The translations under genes were made by a program, and so were the position numbers. Under the pieces are notes generated by a model. It was not told the origin of the DNA. It did not search any database and saw only the letters and a list, made by a program, of their open reading frames with translations. Below are positions 1 through 9,482 of a stretch of DNA of 64,000 nt, piece after piece (position 1 is the stretch's first letter; every line of letters starts with the position of its first letter). The DNA is from an uncultured Verrucomicrobiae bacterium (GTDB lineage: Bacteria; Chlamydiota; Chlamydiia; Chlamydiales; Rhabdochlamydiaceae), in NCBI GenBank assembly GCA_963718565.1, contig OY970364.1, forward strand, positions 1,984,001 through 2,048,000, given 5' to 3'.

Positions 1-1036
1 CGATATTCCTTCCGGCCTCAATGGCGATACGGGAGAAGTCGGATCTGTTGCCATTCATGCGGTAGAAACGATTTTTCTTGGCCTGCCAAAAATCGGTTTT
101 TTCCTTAAGGAAGGCTGGAATTATGTCGGCAAGCTGCGGTATGCCAGCTTTGGCTTGCAGGAAAAATACATTGCCCAGGCAAAAGCTGCTGCTTATCTTT
201 TCAATGAAGAAGTAGCGCCTTATTTATTGCCGCCGATTCAACGAACGCGGCATAAATACCAAGCAGGGTATGTGCTTGCGGTCGCAGGATCACCCGGAAT
301 GCCTGGCGCGGCTTTGCTTGCAAGTGCTGCTGTTTTGCGTGCGGGTGCTGGAATCGTTCGATTATTTCATCCCGCTGGAATGGAGGCAGAGTTCAGCGGA
401 GCGCCTTATGAACTGATCCGACAAGGATGGGATGGAAAAGACCTCACTCCGATCCGAGAACAGATGAAACGCGCAAAGGCATTGCTAGTCGGTCCAGGCA
501 TTGGCCGAACAAAGAAAGCCGAAAACATGCTCAAAAAATTGCTCTCTTCCATTGAACTTCCGATGGTGATCGATGCAGATGCTCTTTTTATTCTTTCTAA
601 AAACCGTTCTTGGAAGTTAAAGGAAAATTCTGTTCTGACGCCGCACCGCGGCGAGATGATGGAGCTTCTTCATCCCTCTTCAAAAAAGAAAAACAGCCAA
701 AATGATTTGGAATTATGCCAGGCGTATTCCGAAGAGAAAAAAACAACAATTGTCCTTAAAGGCGCGCCCACTTTCCTATTTCATCCGGGAACCTCCCCAC
801 TTGTCATTGGCAGAGGCGATCCCGGAATGGCGACCGCTGGGTCTGGCGATGTCTTAACGGGGATCATCGCCGCGTTGATCGCCCAAGGATTAGATGCCCG
901 CCGGGCAGCAACTCTAGCTGTTTATCTTCATCAACTCTCCGGAGAAGCAGCAGCGGCAAGCCTGACCTCATATTGTATGACTGCTTCCGATTTGATCGAT
1001 TTTCTCCCGGATGCTTTTATACTGCGCCCAGTCTAA
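1..1036 (+). CDS. nnr: Bifunctional NAD(P)HX epimerase/dehydratase (YjeF family), 5'-partial
   Basis: Frame open from position 2 with DIPSG (epimerase domain), then AGSPGMPGAA, GPGIG, VIDADAL, TPHRGE, ATAGSGDVLTG (dehydratase domain). Confidence 0.93.
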   Translation, partial: DIPSGLNGDTGEVGSVAIHAVETIFLGLPKIGFFLKEGWNYVGKLRYASFGLQEKYIAQAKAAAYLFNEEVAPYLLPPIQRTRHKYQAGYVLAVAGSPGMPGAALLASAAVLRAGAGIVRLFHPAGMEAEFSGAPYELIRQGWDGKDLTPIREQMKRAKALLVGPGIGRTKKAENMLKKLLSSIELPMVIDADALFILSKNRSWKLKENSVLTPHRGEMMELLHPSSKKKNSQNDLELCQAYSEEKKTTIVLKGAPTFLFHPGTSPLVIGRGDPGMATAGSGDVLTGIIAALIAQGLDARRAATLAVYLHQLSGEAAAASLTSYCMTASDLIDFLPDAFILRPV

Positions 1037-1039
1037 GGT

Positions 1040-1588
1040 TCATTTCGGTATATCTTGGGTCGAGGTGCGTTTTTTGTGTGTATAGTAGATATAGACGACG
1101 AGTAGGATCGCAGCGATAATCGTGAGAGGCAGCAAGATGCTGTAAAGATATTGCGCACTGAATGCAATTCCCAACGCAAAAATTCCTAGAATGATGCTGA
1201 CAAATATCAAAGTGCCTTCAATATAGATTCCAGCCAAATACGTCGCCAAAGTCAGAAGGAGCAGAGCGAGCAAGCTGGCGATAAAGCGGCTGACAAGCCC
1301 AATTTCAACAAAATAGGAAACAACAAAAATGGCTCCGATTAATCCTGCCCAATGGGCAAGCTCGTGCCAGACAGTCAAGGCACTTTTTTTCCATTTTTTT
1401 CTCTTAAAATGCCAGCTTAATAGTAAACTGATCAGAGCATAAACGGCGCAGAGGAACTGCCAATATTTCCAAGCTCCATCTTTGACAATGTCAGTGATGA
1501 TCACACCGATGAATCCCAGGATGATCAGGACAAGCGCCGCGATGATTCTGAGCTGGGTATAAGTAATGGGGGTCTTAGAAACTTCCAT
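1040..1588 (-). CDS. Hypothetical multi-pass membrane protein
   Basis: 182-aa ORF with ~6 hydrophobic segments. Confidence 0.75.
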   Translation of the reverse strand: MEVSKTPITYTQLRIIAALVLIILGFIGVIITDIVKDGAWKYWQFLCAVYALISLLLSWHFKRKKWKKSALTVWHELAHWAGLIGAIFVVSYFVEIGLVSRFIASLLALLLLTLATYLAGIYIEGTLIFVSIILGIFALGIAFSAQYLYSILLPLTIIAAILLVVYIYYTHKKRTSTQDIPK

Positions 1589-1592
1589 GTTT

Positions 1593-2114
1593 TCACTTCT
1601 TCATTTTATTCTTCTGAGGGAAGGGAATTGCATAATAGAAGACAAGAGAATTAGCTCCTGGATTTTTCCACAAGATATGTGCATTGGAAATATGGTTGAA
1701 CTGAGCTCCAATACGCCCTTGATTATCGAAAATATAAGATATTTCTGCCGCGGACCGGAAGTTAAGCGGAAAACCGAGGTGTTTTCCATGACCGGAGTAA
1801 TAAAGCCCAGGTGCGAAACTGGGAGTGAACACGACTTTCTTTCCAAAAAAAATATCATATGCAATGCCGCCGCACACAAAGAAACTTTGGTCTGTCGTGA
1901 TGAAAAAAGCGACGAGGGGGCGAAGATGATAACAATTCACTTCCCAACGGTACTCCAGCTGGATGAGTGCCGCCGGATGATCGCGGTCGATATCCAAAAC
2001 TCCTGGGCCCACCATTAAATGAGAAGGAGCCAAAGGTTTTTGCTTTTTTTCTTCTTCACACCAGCTGTTTGCAGCACCGATTACCAAAAAAATGAACAGG
2101 GTCAACAAGCGCAT
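1593..2114 (-). CDS. PagL-like acyloxyacyl hydrolase / lipid A 3-O-deacylase family outer-membrane protein
   Basis: Signal peptide; C-terminal HISNA...NPGANS motif typical of the PagL family. Confidence 0.75.
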   Translation of the reverse strand: MRLLTLFIFLVIGAANSWCEEEKKQKPLAPSHLMVGPGVLDIDRDHPAALIQLEYRWEVNCYHLRPLVAFFITTDQSFFVCGGIAYDIFFGKKVVFTPSFAPGLYYSGHGKHLGFPLNFRSAAEISYIFDNQGRIGAQFNHISNAHILWKNPGANSLVFYYAIPFPQKNKMKK

Positions 2115-2206
2115 GCCGTTCTCTCTAGCCTGAAAAAATGGATTGGCTCTAACCTCTAATATTTTGTTAAACTTCGCAAGTCCTTTTTATCAGCACAAAT
2201 GAATGA

Positions 2207-2378
2207 GGTCAAAGAGCGTGTAAACGCACACTTATCGATCCACTGGGCAACCAGACCGAAGAGATCTTCGATATAGATGACCATCTGGTCAAGCTAACCA
2301 AAAAAGGCAAAGCGGGTCAGATTCTTGCTGATTCCGAGTTTGTTTATGACAGCTTAGGCAATCAAATCGGTCAGCGAA
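2207..2378 (+). pseudogene. RHS/YD-repeat protein fragment
   Basis: Manual translation GQRACKRTLIDPLGNQTEEIFDIDDHLVKL...EFVYDSLGNQI contains two YD-repeat-like motifs; no start codon; abuts the IS607 end. Confidence 0.55.
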
Positions 2379-2396
2379 CCGCTCTTCAAAACTTGA

Positions 2397-3863
2397 TCAA
2401 ACCTGATCATATATAACCAAATTATCAACTTTTGATCGAGGGCTATCATGCCCTCGGTTTAATTTCCTGGTGCTGCAAATTGCTTTGCTGTCTTGCCCCC
2501 ACGGTGTCACATGTACACCATTAGGCAAAACACACCAGGCCCATCGCTTTTGGATAAAAGCGAGGTCTGAGCCAGACACTATTGAAGGATATCCTCCTTC
2601 ATTTTTTGCTGAAAGATCTCGCAAGATCTTTCTCAAGCCGTTAATTGCGGCATTCTCGTCGCGAATGTGAACGGTCTTGCACTGTGGACATTGCCATTGT
2701 CTCAATGAGACAGGGATTCCCCGCTCTTCAATCCGCAGGCAGTGGCTACAGGTCCGGGTTGTCCCTTTCTCGTCGAATTCAATAAAGGTTTTTCCCGATT
2801 TTCGAGCTACCCAGGAGAGGGTGTTTTTCCAACGTCCAATCAAGGATCGGTTATTCATCGCTCGCCGCATTGGTTTAGTAATGCCTTCGCCATTTGGTGT
2901 ATAGTCTCCGATTCCAATGCAGTCGTAATTTCGGAAAAGGCGATGTGCGCTTGTAAACATAAACGTCTTGGTCTGTTCTCGGCGTTTACGCAGTGCGCTT
3001 TTTAGGGCATGATCGTATTTTCTCCATTGCCTGGAAGGAAGATGGAATTCTTTTCTTGTGGGATTGCTTTTTTCATCCAGAACATGGAATTTTTTAGATT
3101 TTTTATCACAGCGGTCTCTTTTACTTTTTAGTTCGTCCAGGCGTTTATCGTAAGTTTTGAGCCAGTAAGGAGATGCAATCTCAATGGCTGTTCCACTTGT
3201 GTCGACACCATAGGCGAGATTTTTGTGATTGGGATCGAGTGCGAGGATTTTAGAAATGGGTTTTCGGATGGGGAGTTCTTTCTGAATGGTAAAAATGGCA
3301 TAGTAGGTTCCCAGTTCGGAGATAATGCGCAAGTTGCGTGGGGTTTTGTCTTTGAGGAGATGTGCTTCGGGTAATTCGAGAGTGAGGAAGCGGCGCTTGC
3401 GGTCCTGGCCCATTCCAAGGGAGAGGAACAAGGCTTTGCCGTGAATCTTGAAACCTTTTTCTGGTTCATCGTAAAAAAGAGAAAACCAGTCCCGTTTCCA
3501 GGCCCGAAATTTGGGCCAACCCATCTGTTTGCCTTTCCGTTTTCCTTTTTTTGATTTTTGATGAACCCGGATTGCTTCACTAAGTCTCAAAGCGGTATTT
3601 TTTAATGGAGAAGAGTGGACGACTTTTAGAAAGGGGTGCTCTTCCTTGAGTTTTGGAAGTTCATTTCTGAGTCCTCTTTCTGTATAGAGGGTCTTTGATG
3701 CCTCCGGGTTGCCGGAATGAATAAATTCCCGCTTGAGTTCCAGGCTTTTTTCTAGCAGATGATTATAAAGCCAATTACAGATCCGCGATTGCCCATCGAG
3801 CTCAGAAATTGTTTGAGGGTCTGCTTCAATTCTCAGCTTAAGAACCAGATTCTCTTTAGACAT
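2397..3863 (-). CDS. tnpB: TnpB RNA-guided endonuclease with rearranged (Fanzor-like) RuvC
   Basis: Likely start MSKENL at 3863 overlapping tnpA stop; GWPKFR; RuvC-I ILALDPN, IGIGDY, FDEKGTTRTC, Zn finger CSHC...CPQC, RuvC-III RDENAAIN. Confidence 0.9.
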   Translation of the reverse strand: MSKENLVLKLRIEADPQTISELDGQSRICNWLYNHLLEKSLELKREFIHSGNPEASKTLYTERGLRNELPKLKEEHPFLKVVHSSPLKNTALRLSEAIRVHQKSKKGKRKGKQMGWPKFRAWKRDWFSLFYDEPEKGFKIHGKALFLSLGMGQDRKRRFLTLELPEAHLLKDKTPRNLRIISELGTYYAIFTIQKELPIRKPISKILALDPNHKNLAYGVDTSGTAIEIASPYWLKTYDKRLDELKSKRDRCDKKSKKFHVLDEKSNPTRKEFHLPSRQWRKYDHALKSALRKRREQTKTFMFTSAHRLFRNYDCIGIGDYTPNGEGITKPMRRAMNNRSLIGRWKNTLSWVARKSGKTFIEFDEKGTTRTCSHCLRIEERGIPVSLRQWQCPQCKTVHIRDENAAINGLRKILRDLSAKNEGGYPSIVSGSDLAFIQKRWAWCVLPNGVHVTPWGQDSKAICSTRKLNRGHDSPRSKVDNLVIYDQV

Positions 3864-4278
3864 TGGCGACCGCATTTTGAAGGTTGGCCAAAAGCTGTTT
3901 GTTCTTATGGCTTCTTGAACCATTTTGCTCAAGCAGTTGTTTTAGCCCACGTTTATTATAGTTCATCCCGGAACCGAGGTCTTTGGTTACTGAAAACACC
4001 CATCCTTTTGCAGAGCAGTAAATTTCTAACATATGGACTTGTCGTTGTAAATCTTCTTTTTGATCATGACTCGAAACTCTTGCGTAGGCAACAGTTAGAC
4101 GATCAGAGGTTTTATCTCCGCAATTAAATGGCTGTAACTGAGTGAGACTATAGCGGCGTTGGCCGCCCTGTATGCGATGACAGGGAACGATTTTCTTGTG
4201 TCTTTCCCATCGGCGGAGTGTTTGTGGAGAAACTCCCAAACATTTTGCTGCTTCCTGAATGCTTAAAAACTTGTTCAT
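3856..4278 (-). pseudogene. tnpA: IS607 TnpA serine recombinase with in-frame internal deletion
   Basis: MerR-like HTH (EAAKCLGVSPQTLRRWE), YARVSSHDQKEDL, DLGSGMNYNKRGL joined directly to GSRSHKN; the DRLLRFG-containing segment is absent. Confidence 0.85.
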
Positions 4279-4373
4279 TCTGATAATATATAATCAGGTT
4301 TGAATAAGTTCAAGGGATTCTGTTACAAGCCCCGATATCTCAAAAGAAAAGATGGAAAGAACGCGTCAACTAA

Positions 4374-5366
4374 TTAATGAATCGATCGAAGATTGTCTAG
4401 TTGTTGGATATGAGAGCCTTGATGATAACCTAAGTACCAATCCGTGAATCGTTTCAGCCCTTCGGACAATGAGATCTTAGGCTCAAATCCAAGAATTCTT
4501 TGGCTCTTTGTAATGTCGGCGTATGTGATGGGGACATCACCCGGAGGCATAGGCTGGAAAGAGATCGAAGCCTTCTTTTTTAAATGAGATTCTAAAGTCG
4601 AAATTAATTCCAGGACGCTGACGGGCCAGTGATTGCCTAAGTTGAAAATTTCATTTGCAGCGCCGAGGTCAATGGCAGAGAGGGTGCCTTGGACAATATC
4701 GTCGATGTAAGTGAAATCGCGCATGGGTTTGCCTTCGCCAAAGACGATAATGGGCTCTTCGTTGAGGATGGCCTTGGAAAATGAGAAATAGGCCATGTCG
4801 GGACGCCCCCAAGGCCCATAGACAGTGAAAAATCGCAAGCCTGTGCAATGGATTCCATGAAGATGGTGGTATGCCTGGGCAATCACTTCATTACACCGCT
4901 TTGTCGCACCGTAAAAACTTACAGGATGTTCTGCAGGGTCGGTCTCGGCGAAGGGAGTTTTTGAGTTCAAGCCGTACACGGAAGAGGAAGAAGCATAAAT
5001 GAGCTTGATGTGAGGAAAATCGCGCAAAGCTTCCAGAATTTGGACAAACCCATTCAGATTGCTATGGACATAACTTTCAGGGGCTTTAAGCGAATGCCGA
5101 ACGCCTGCTTGGGCCGCGAGGTGAACGAAATGAGAAGTGGAGAGCTGTTTGATTTCTGTTTTGATGCGGTCCTTATCGACAATGTCGCAATCCAAGACAG
5201 GAATGCCTTTTTCGACAAGTAGCTGTGCCCGTTGACGTTTAAGTAGGGGATCATAATAAGTATTGAAGTTGTCGCAACCGAAGACAGCATCTCCGCGCTC
5301 CTTTAGCGCTAAGGCTAAGTGAAAGCCGATAAAACCGGAAATTCCCGAAATAAAGATGCGCTTCAT
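4374..5366 (-). CDS. UDP-glucuronate 4-epimerase-like NAD-dependent epimerase
   Basis: GISGFIG, HLAAQAGVRHS, YGATK, RFFTVYGPWGRPDMA; start MKRIF at 5366 preferred. Confidence 0.88.
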   Translation of the reverse strand: MKRIFISGISGFIGFHLALALKERGDAVFGCDNFNTYYDPLLKRQRAQLLVEKGIPVLDCDIVDKDRIKTEIKQLSTSHFVHLAAQAGVRHSLKAPESYVHSNLNGFVQILEALRDFPHIKLIYASSSSVYGLNSKTPFAETDPAEHPVSFYGATKRCNEVIAQAYHHLHGIHCTGLRFFTVYGPWGRPDMAYFSFSKAILNEEPIIVFGEGKPMRDFTYIDDIVQGTLSAIDLGAANEIFNLGNHWPVSVLELISTLESHLKKKASISFQPMPPGDVPITYADITKSQRILGFEPKISLSEGLKRFTDWYLGYHQGSHIQQLDNLRSIH

Positions 5367-5411
5367 ATTTTGAGTGCCAAAAATTGGATCAATGATCATG
5401 CTTGAAAAGGC

Positions 5412-6518
5412 ATGAATCTCGCAAAATTTGATTTTAGCATCTCCTTGCTTTTGAAGCCTCTTCAAAAGATCCTTTTTATCGTTGGGCTCGCCGCAATCGT
5501 GATGGCTTCTTGTACAAATCCTCCTTATCGAGGGCGTGACGTTCTTGGCGCCGAAGATTTTGTGATGGACTCTTACCGGATAAGAGAAGGGAAGTTTTCC
5601 ATTTTGTCAATGGAAGGGAAAAATTTCGAAGAATTTCCCGTCGAGCTTCTAGAAGAATATCGAGATGTCATCAATGATGGAGATGTGCTGCAGATCGCTG
5701 TTTATCATCCGAGCCGAGGGGATCTTGTCGAATCTGTGCAGCGTATTGGTCAGCTTGTGGGATATCGTGTCACGGAAGGAAAAATCTATCTTCCAGATCT
5801 CCCTCCTATACAAGTCGAGGGACTGACTTTACAGCAGGCCCAAGAAAAAATTGAAAATCTTTATCGCGAGCAAATCAAGGATGTCAATATCTTCATTGCG
5901 TATAAAGATCGCATTTTAAGGAAAGTTGAGCTAGCCGGTTTGGTCCAAGTCCCCAATATCCCTGTCGATGGGCGTCTTCGTCTATTCGAGGCTTTATCGA
6001 TTGCTAAAGTTCCCACGAATGCCAATCTTTTCAAAAGTTATGTCGTGCGCGACAATGCTCTTCTCCCCGTGGATCTCCATAAGTTAATCAAAGAAGGCGA
6101 TATGAGGCAAAATGTCGTCATGCGCGGAGGCGATAAAGTATATATCGCTGATCCTTCTGCATCCACATTGATGGTGCTTGGCGAGGTCTGTAAGGAAAGG
6201 GTCGTTGATGTCCCTGATGGTTTTATGACGCTGCGCAAGGCAATTGCGGAAGCTGGAGGAATATTGCCATCGGGCGACAGGTCTTATATTCAAGTCATTC
6301 GAGGCAATATCCTCTATCCCAAAATCTATACTCTACATTGGGAACATGTCGTGCGTCTGCCCAATGACAGCATGCTTTTGATTCCAGGGGACATTGTCTA
6401 TGTTGCCGCAAGGCCGCTGTCTGAATGGAACCGCTTTGTAAACGATCTTCTGCCGACTTTTATCGCGCTTGATTTAATTACAAAAGGAATAAAATCTGTA
6501 GGGATTGAGGTGCCGTGA
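5412..6518 (+). CDS. Wza-like polysaccharide export lipoprotein
   Basis: Lipobox-like MASC; Poly_export (GDVLQI...GKIYLP..GLTL) and SLBB repeats (LGEV, EAGG, PGDIVYV). Confidence 0.85.
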   Translation: MNLAKFDFSISLLLKPLQKILFIVGLAAIVMASCTNPPYRGRDVLGAEDFVMDSYRIREGKFSILSMEGKNFEEFPVELLEEYRDVINDGDVLQIAVYHPSRGDLVESVQRIGQLVGYRVTEGKIYLPDLPPIQVEGLTLQQAQEKIENLYREQIKDVNIFIAYKDRILRKVELAGLVQVPNIPVDGRLRLFEALSIAKVPTNANLFKSYVVRDNALLPVDLHKLIKEGDMRQNVVMRGGDKVYIADPSASTLMVLGEVCKERVVDVPDGFMTLRKAIAEAGGILPSGDRSYIQVIRGNILYPKIYTLHWEHVVRLPNDSMLLIPGDIVYVAARPLSEWNRFVNDLLPTFIALDLITKGIKSVGIEVP

Positions 6519-9352
6519 ACTCTTTTTCCAGCGATGCTCTGACATTGGTTACTTTCTCGGACATCAAGCTTCTTTTCTTCCGCAATATCTCCACAATCAA
6601 AACGACCTCGATCCTTTGCGGCCTTATGTGCATGGCTTTTTTGTTCCTTCGCGAACCTCGTTATGTTGCGGAGGCGACTTTTAAGCAGACCCAGAGGCAA
6701 AGTGAGGTCGGATTAAACTTAAAAGATGCCTATCAGCAACTCTTTTCTCTTTCTTCAGAAGGCGCGACTGCGGGCATTATGCAGTCGAATGAAGTCTTGA
6801 GAGATGTGATCGAGGAGTTGGGAATGCAAGCAGATTGCAATCCCGGTTTTATTGCTGTGAGGGCCCTCAGAAGAATTCGCGATAACCTTCTTCTTGAATT
6901 AAGATCTTCTATCGCTGATCCCGATCGTTTTGCTTTCCGCAATGTTTCCTATGCAGGAGAAAAACCTTTACAGCTGTTTTTGAAGCTAACAAATGCCAAC
7001 TGCTATCAAGTCTTCGATGAAAATCAACAATTTTTAGGCGAGGGTAAACTGGCGGAGCCCATTTCTATTTCACCTGTGACATTCACTCTTCACAGAATCC
7101 CAAAATCCGCACAGTGTGATCGATGGTATCCTCTGACGGTCCATCCTTGGCTGCCCATAGTGGACAAGGTAAGGCAGAAAATTAAAATTGCTCCATGGAA
7201 ACAGGATAAAACAATCCTGAAGCTTTTATACGCTAATCGCGATCGTTTTTTAGCTGCCGATTTTTTAAATCAACTCATGAAGAGCTATCAAAACTATCTC
7301 AAGCGCGAAAGCGATGAGGTTTATCAGCTGCAGCTCACTTATCTTCTTCAAAGACAACGAGAACTTACAGAAGTTTACGATGAGGCTTTGATGGAACATG
7401 TGCATTATCTCAAAGACAGTATTCATAAAAATGGTTTTATTGGAGTGACTCAAGAAATTGAAATTCTTTCTCATCCTAAGGATTTTTACACTTCTAAATT
7501 GTTCGATGTTGATCTTGAATTACAACGTTTGTATGAGAAAAAAGATTTTCTAGTCCCTTTTAAAGCGGAACAGCAGCATTTTCAGGCACCGCAGCAAGTG
7601 AAAAGTAAAGAAGATGTTTCGCTGTGCGCAGAGAAGCAGAAGGTCGAAAACCGCATGGAAAGTTGTGATTTAGAAGGGAAGAGAAAGCAAGCGGTTGTTC
7701 TGCAACCTTTACAAACAGAGATCGGTGGTGTCAGCGAGCAACTGTCCGAGGCAAAACTTTTGCTAGAGCATGTCGCAAAACAAGAGACAATTCCCGCTTT
7801 TCCTTCTCTTCTCAAAGAACCCAGAAGTGCTATTGCTTTATTAGTGAAGCAGATGATGGATTCTCAATCGGCAAACATCAGTGAACCCAAGGAAAGTCCC
7901 GCTACGACCATTGCTTATGTCCGCGAGTTTATCGAGCATCTCTGTCAAAAACGCAAAATTCTAGAAGAAAATCTCCAGCTTCAACAACAAGAGTCTCATG
8001 ACTTTTCTGGACTGAATTTAACGACAGCCCAAGAGCTCCTTGCAGGATACACTCGTGAGCGCGACAATGTGCAAGCACAGCTCAGAGAACTTGTGTTTTT
8101 AAGAGATCAGCTTTCCGATGCCGAATTTGAGGTGAGTTCTCTGGGGGGCGTATTCAATGACAGCATCACATCCACTCTGATCCATCAGGCTAGCGCACTT
8201 GCCTTGCAGCTTAAAGATGATAGTAACCGGAGTGTCAAAGAACAAGCGCGCCTGATAGAGGCCTTGCAAACGCAAAAGGAGTTTTTGTCTCAATATCTCT
8301 TGCAGACGATCGAACTTAAAAAACTTAAAGCCAGGTTGCTCAGCGATAAAATTGTCTCTTTATGTCAGACCGCTGTTGGTCTTTTGCACTCTGAGAAAAA
8401 ATTGTTAAAAGAAAAATTGCACGAGCTCAATTTAAAAATGAGTGATTTGCCCGAAAGATGGCGTCGAGAGTCGTTGCTCTTGCTTAAGAAAGAAATGGGA
8501 GCGATGATGTTGCAAGCTGTTTCTCAGCTCGCAGAGACAAAAAATTTGAGCCAGCATATTTTTCAAGCAAGTTCTAAACCTTTAGATGTCGCTATTCCAC
8601 CGACAGGAGTCGGCGCACCGAAAATTTTCCTTTTCTCCCTTTTTTCTTCACTCATGGCAGCCATATGTTGTTATGCTGTGATTTTTTGCAAAAGGATGCT
8701 GAAGGGATTCCCAGTGACAGAAGAAAACTTAAAAGTTTCAGGATTCCCTGTCTGTGGATCGCTCTCGCGCTATTGCGACGTCAATTTATCTGAGCTTCCA
8801 TCTAAGGACTTAGAGACTTTGCGGCGCATTGCTGAATTTTTAGTCTCGCATCCTAAAAAATCGGAAGCTTTAGTTGCCAGCTGCATTGGAGGAAAATACG
8901 CCAATTACACGATGTCCCTTGCAGAGATCCTGTCGATGCGTGGGCTGAAAATCCTCGTGATTAATTGCACTTTTGATCAAGTGGTGCACCCCGATGATCT
9001 GCCTGGGCTTTGGCAATATCTCAATAGCCAGGCGATGGATCTTTTCCCCAAGAACAATGGGATGTTCGACTATTTGCCAAGCGGTGGGACAACACGGCAC
9101 ACAGTAGAGTGGATGGGAAGTGCTAAGTTTTCGAATTTCCTTTCTCAAATCAAACAGAAGTACGACATCGTCTTGTTATTCAGCAGCGCCGATGCAAACA
9201 GTGCTGAAGGGCATGCATTCCTTCCGATTTCGGATTCGGTCACCGTCGCAGTTCAAGAAGAAAAAAAAGATGAGCTGGTTGTCTACCTAGATTGGGCCGA
9301 GAAAAAAGGAATCCCCTGCGCGACATTCGTATATATTAGACCTCTTGCATAA
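6515..9352 (+). CDS. Wzc-like polysaccharide co-polymerase with degenerate kinase domain
   Basis: Follows wza; two TM segments flanking a long coiled coil; C-terminal BY-kinase-like domain (ETLRRI, KILVIN, QKYDIVLL). Confidence 0.72.
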   Translation: MNSFSSDALTLVTFSDIKLLFFRNISTIKTTSILCGLMCMAFLFLREPRYVAEATFKQTQRQSEVGLNLKDAYQQLFSLSSEGATAGIMQSNEVLRDVIEELGMQADCNPGFIAVRALRRIRDNLLLELRSSIADPDRFAFRNVSYAGEKPLQLFLKLTNANCYQVFDENQQFLGEGKLAEPISISPVTFTLHRIPKSAQCDRWYPLTVHPWLPIVDKVRQKIKIAPWKQDKTILKLLYANRDRFLAADFLNQLMKSYQNYLKRESDEVYQLQLTYLLQRQRELTEVYDEALMEHVHYLKDSIHKNGFIGVTQEIEILSHPKDFYTSKLFDVDLELQRLYEKKDFLVPFKAEQQHFQAPQQVKSKEDVSLCAEKQKVENRMESCDLEGKRKQAVVLQPLQTEIGGVSEQLSEAKLLLEHVAKQETIPAFPSLLKEPRSAIALLVKQMMDSQSANISEPKESPATTIAYVREFIEHLCQKRKILEENLQLQQQESHDFSGLNLTTAQELLAGYTRERDNVQAQLRELVFLRDQLSDAEFEVSSLGGVFNDSITSTLIHQASALALQLKDDSNRSVKEQARLIEALQTQKEFLSQYLLQTIELKKLKARLLSDKIVSLCQTAVGLLHSEKKLLKEKLHELNLKMSDLPERWRRESLLLLKKEMGAMMLQAVSQLAETKNLSQHIFQASSKPLDVAIPPTGVGAPKIFLFSLFSSLMAAICCYAVIFCKRMLKGFPVTEENLKVSGFPVCGSLSRYCDVNLSELPSKDLETLRRIAEFLVSHPKKSEALVASCIGGKYANYTMSLAEILSMRGLKILVINCTFDQVVHPDDLPGLWQYLNSQAMDLFPKNNGMFDYLPSGGTTRHTVEWMGSAKFSNFLSQIKQKYDIVLLFSSADANSAEGHAFLPISDSVTVAVQEEKKDELVVYLDWAEKKGIPCATFVYIRPLA

Positions 9353-9482
9353 CTTCTTCTTCGTGCCCGTGTGCGTGCCCTTGCCTTCCGGTACAACTCC
9401 AGGACTTAAAATGCTAATTAATGTTGTTGAGCTTTTATTTGCTTCTTGTTATAATTGCGCATTAATTTTTCTGAGTAAAAGA

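Larger units (their letters stand above)
2379..4332 (-). mobile_element. IS607-family element (tnpA internally deleted, tnpB intact)
   Basis: Serine-recombinase tnpA overlapping tnpB; imperfect ~25-bp subterminal inverted motif (atatatRatcaggtttga..aagtt) at ~2390-2415 and ~4286-4310; GG dinucleotides at both putative ends. Boundaries approximate. Confidence 0.85.

Noticed and set aside
2379..4332. IStron or Cas12-CRISPR locus
   Set aside because: Only ~55 bp upstream of tnpA, too short for a group I intron; no repeat-spacer array nearby
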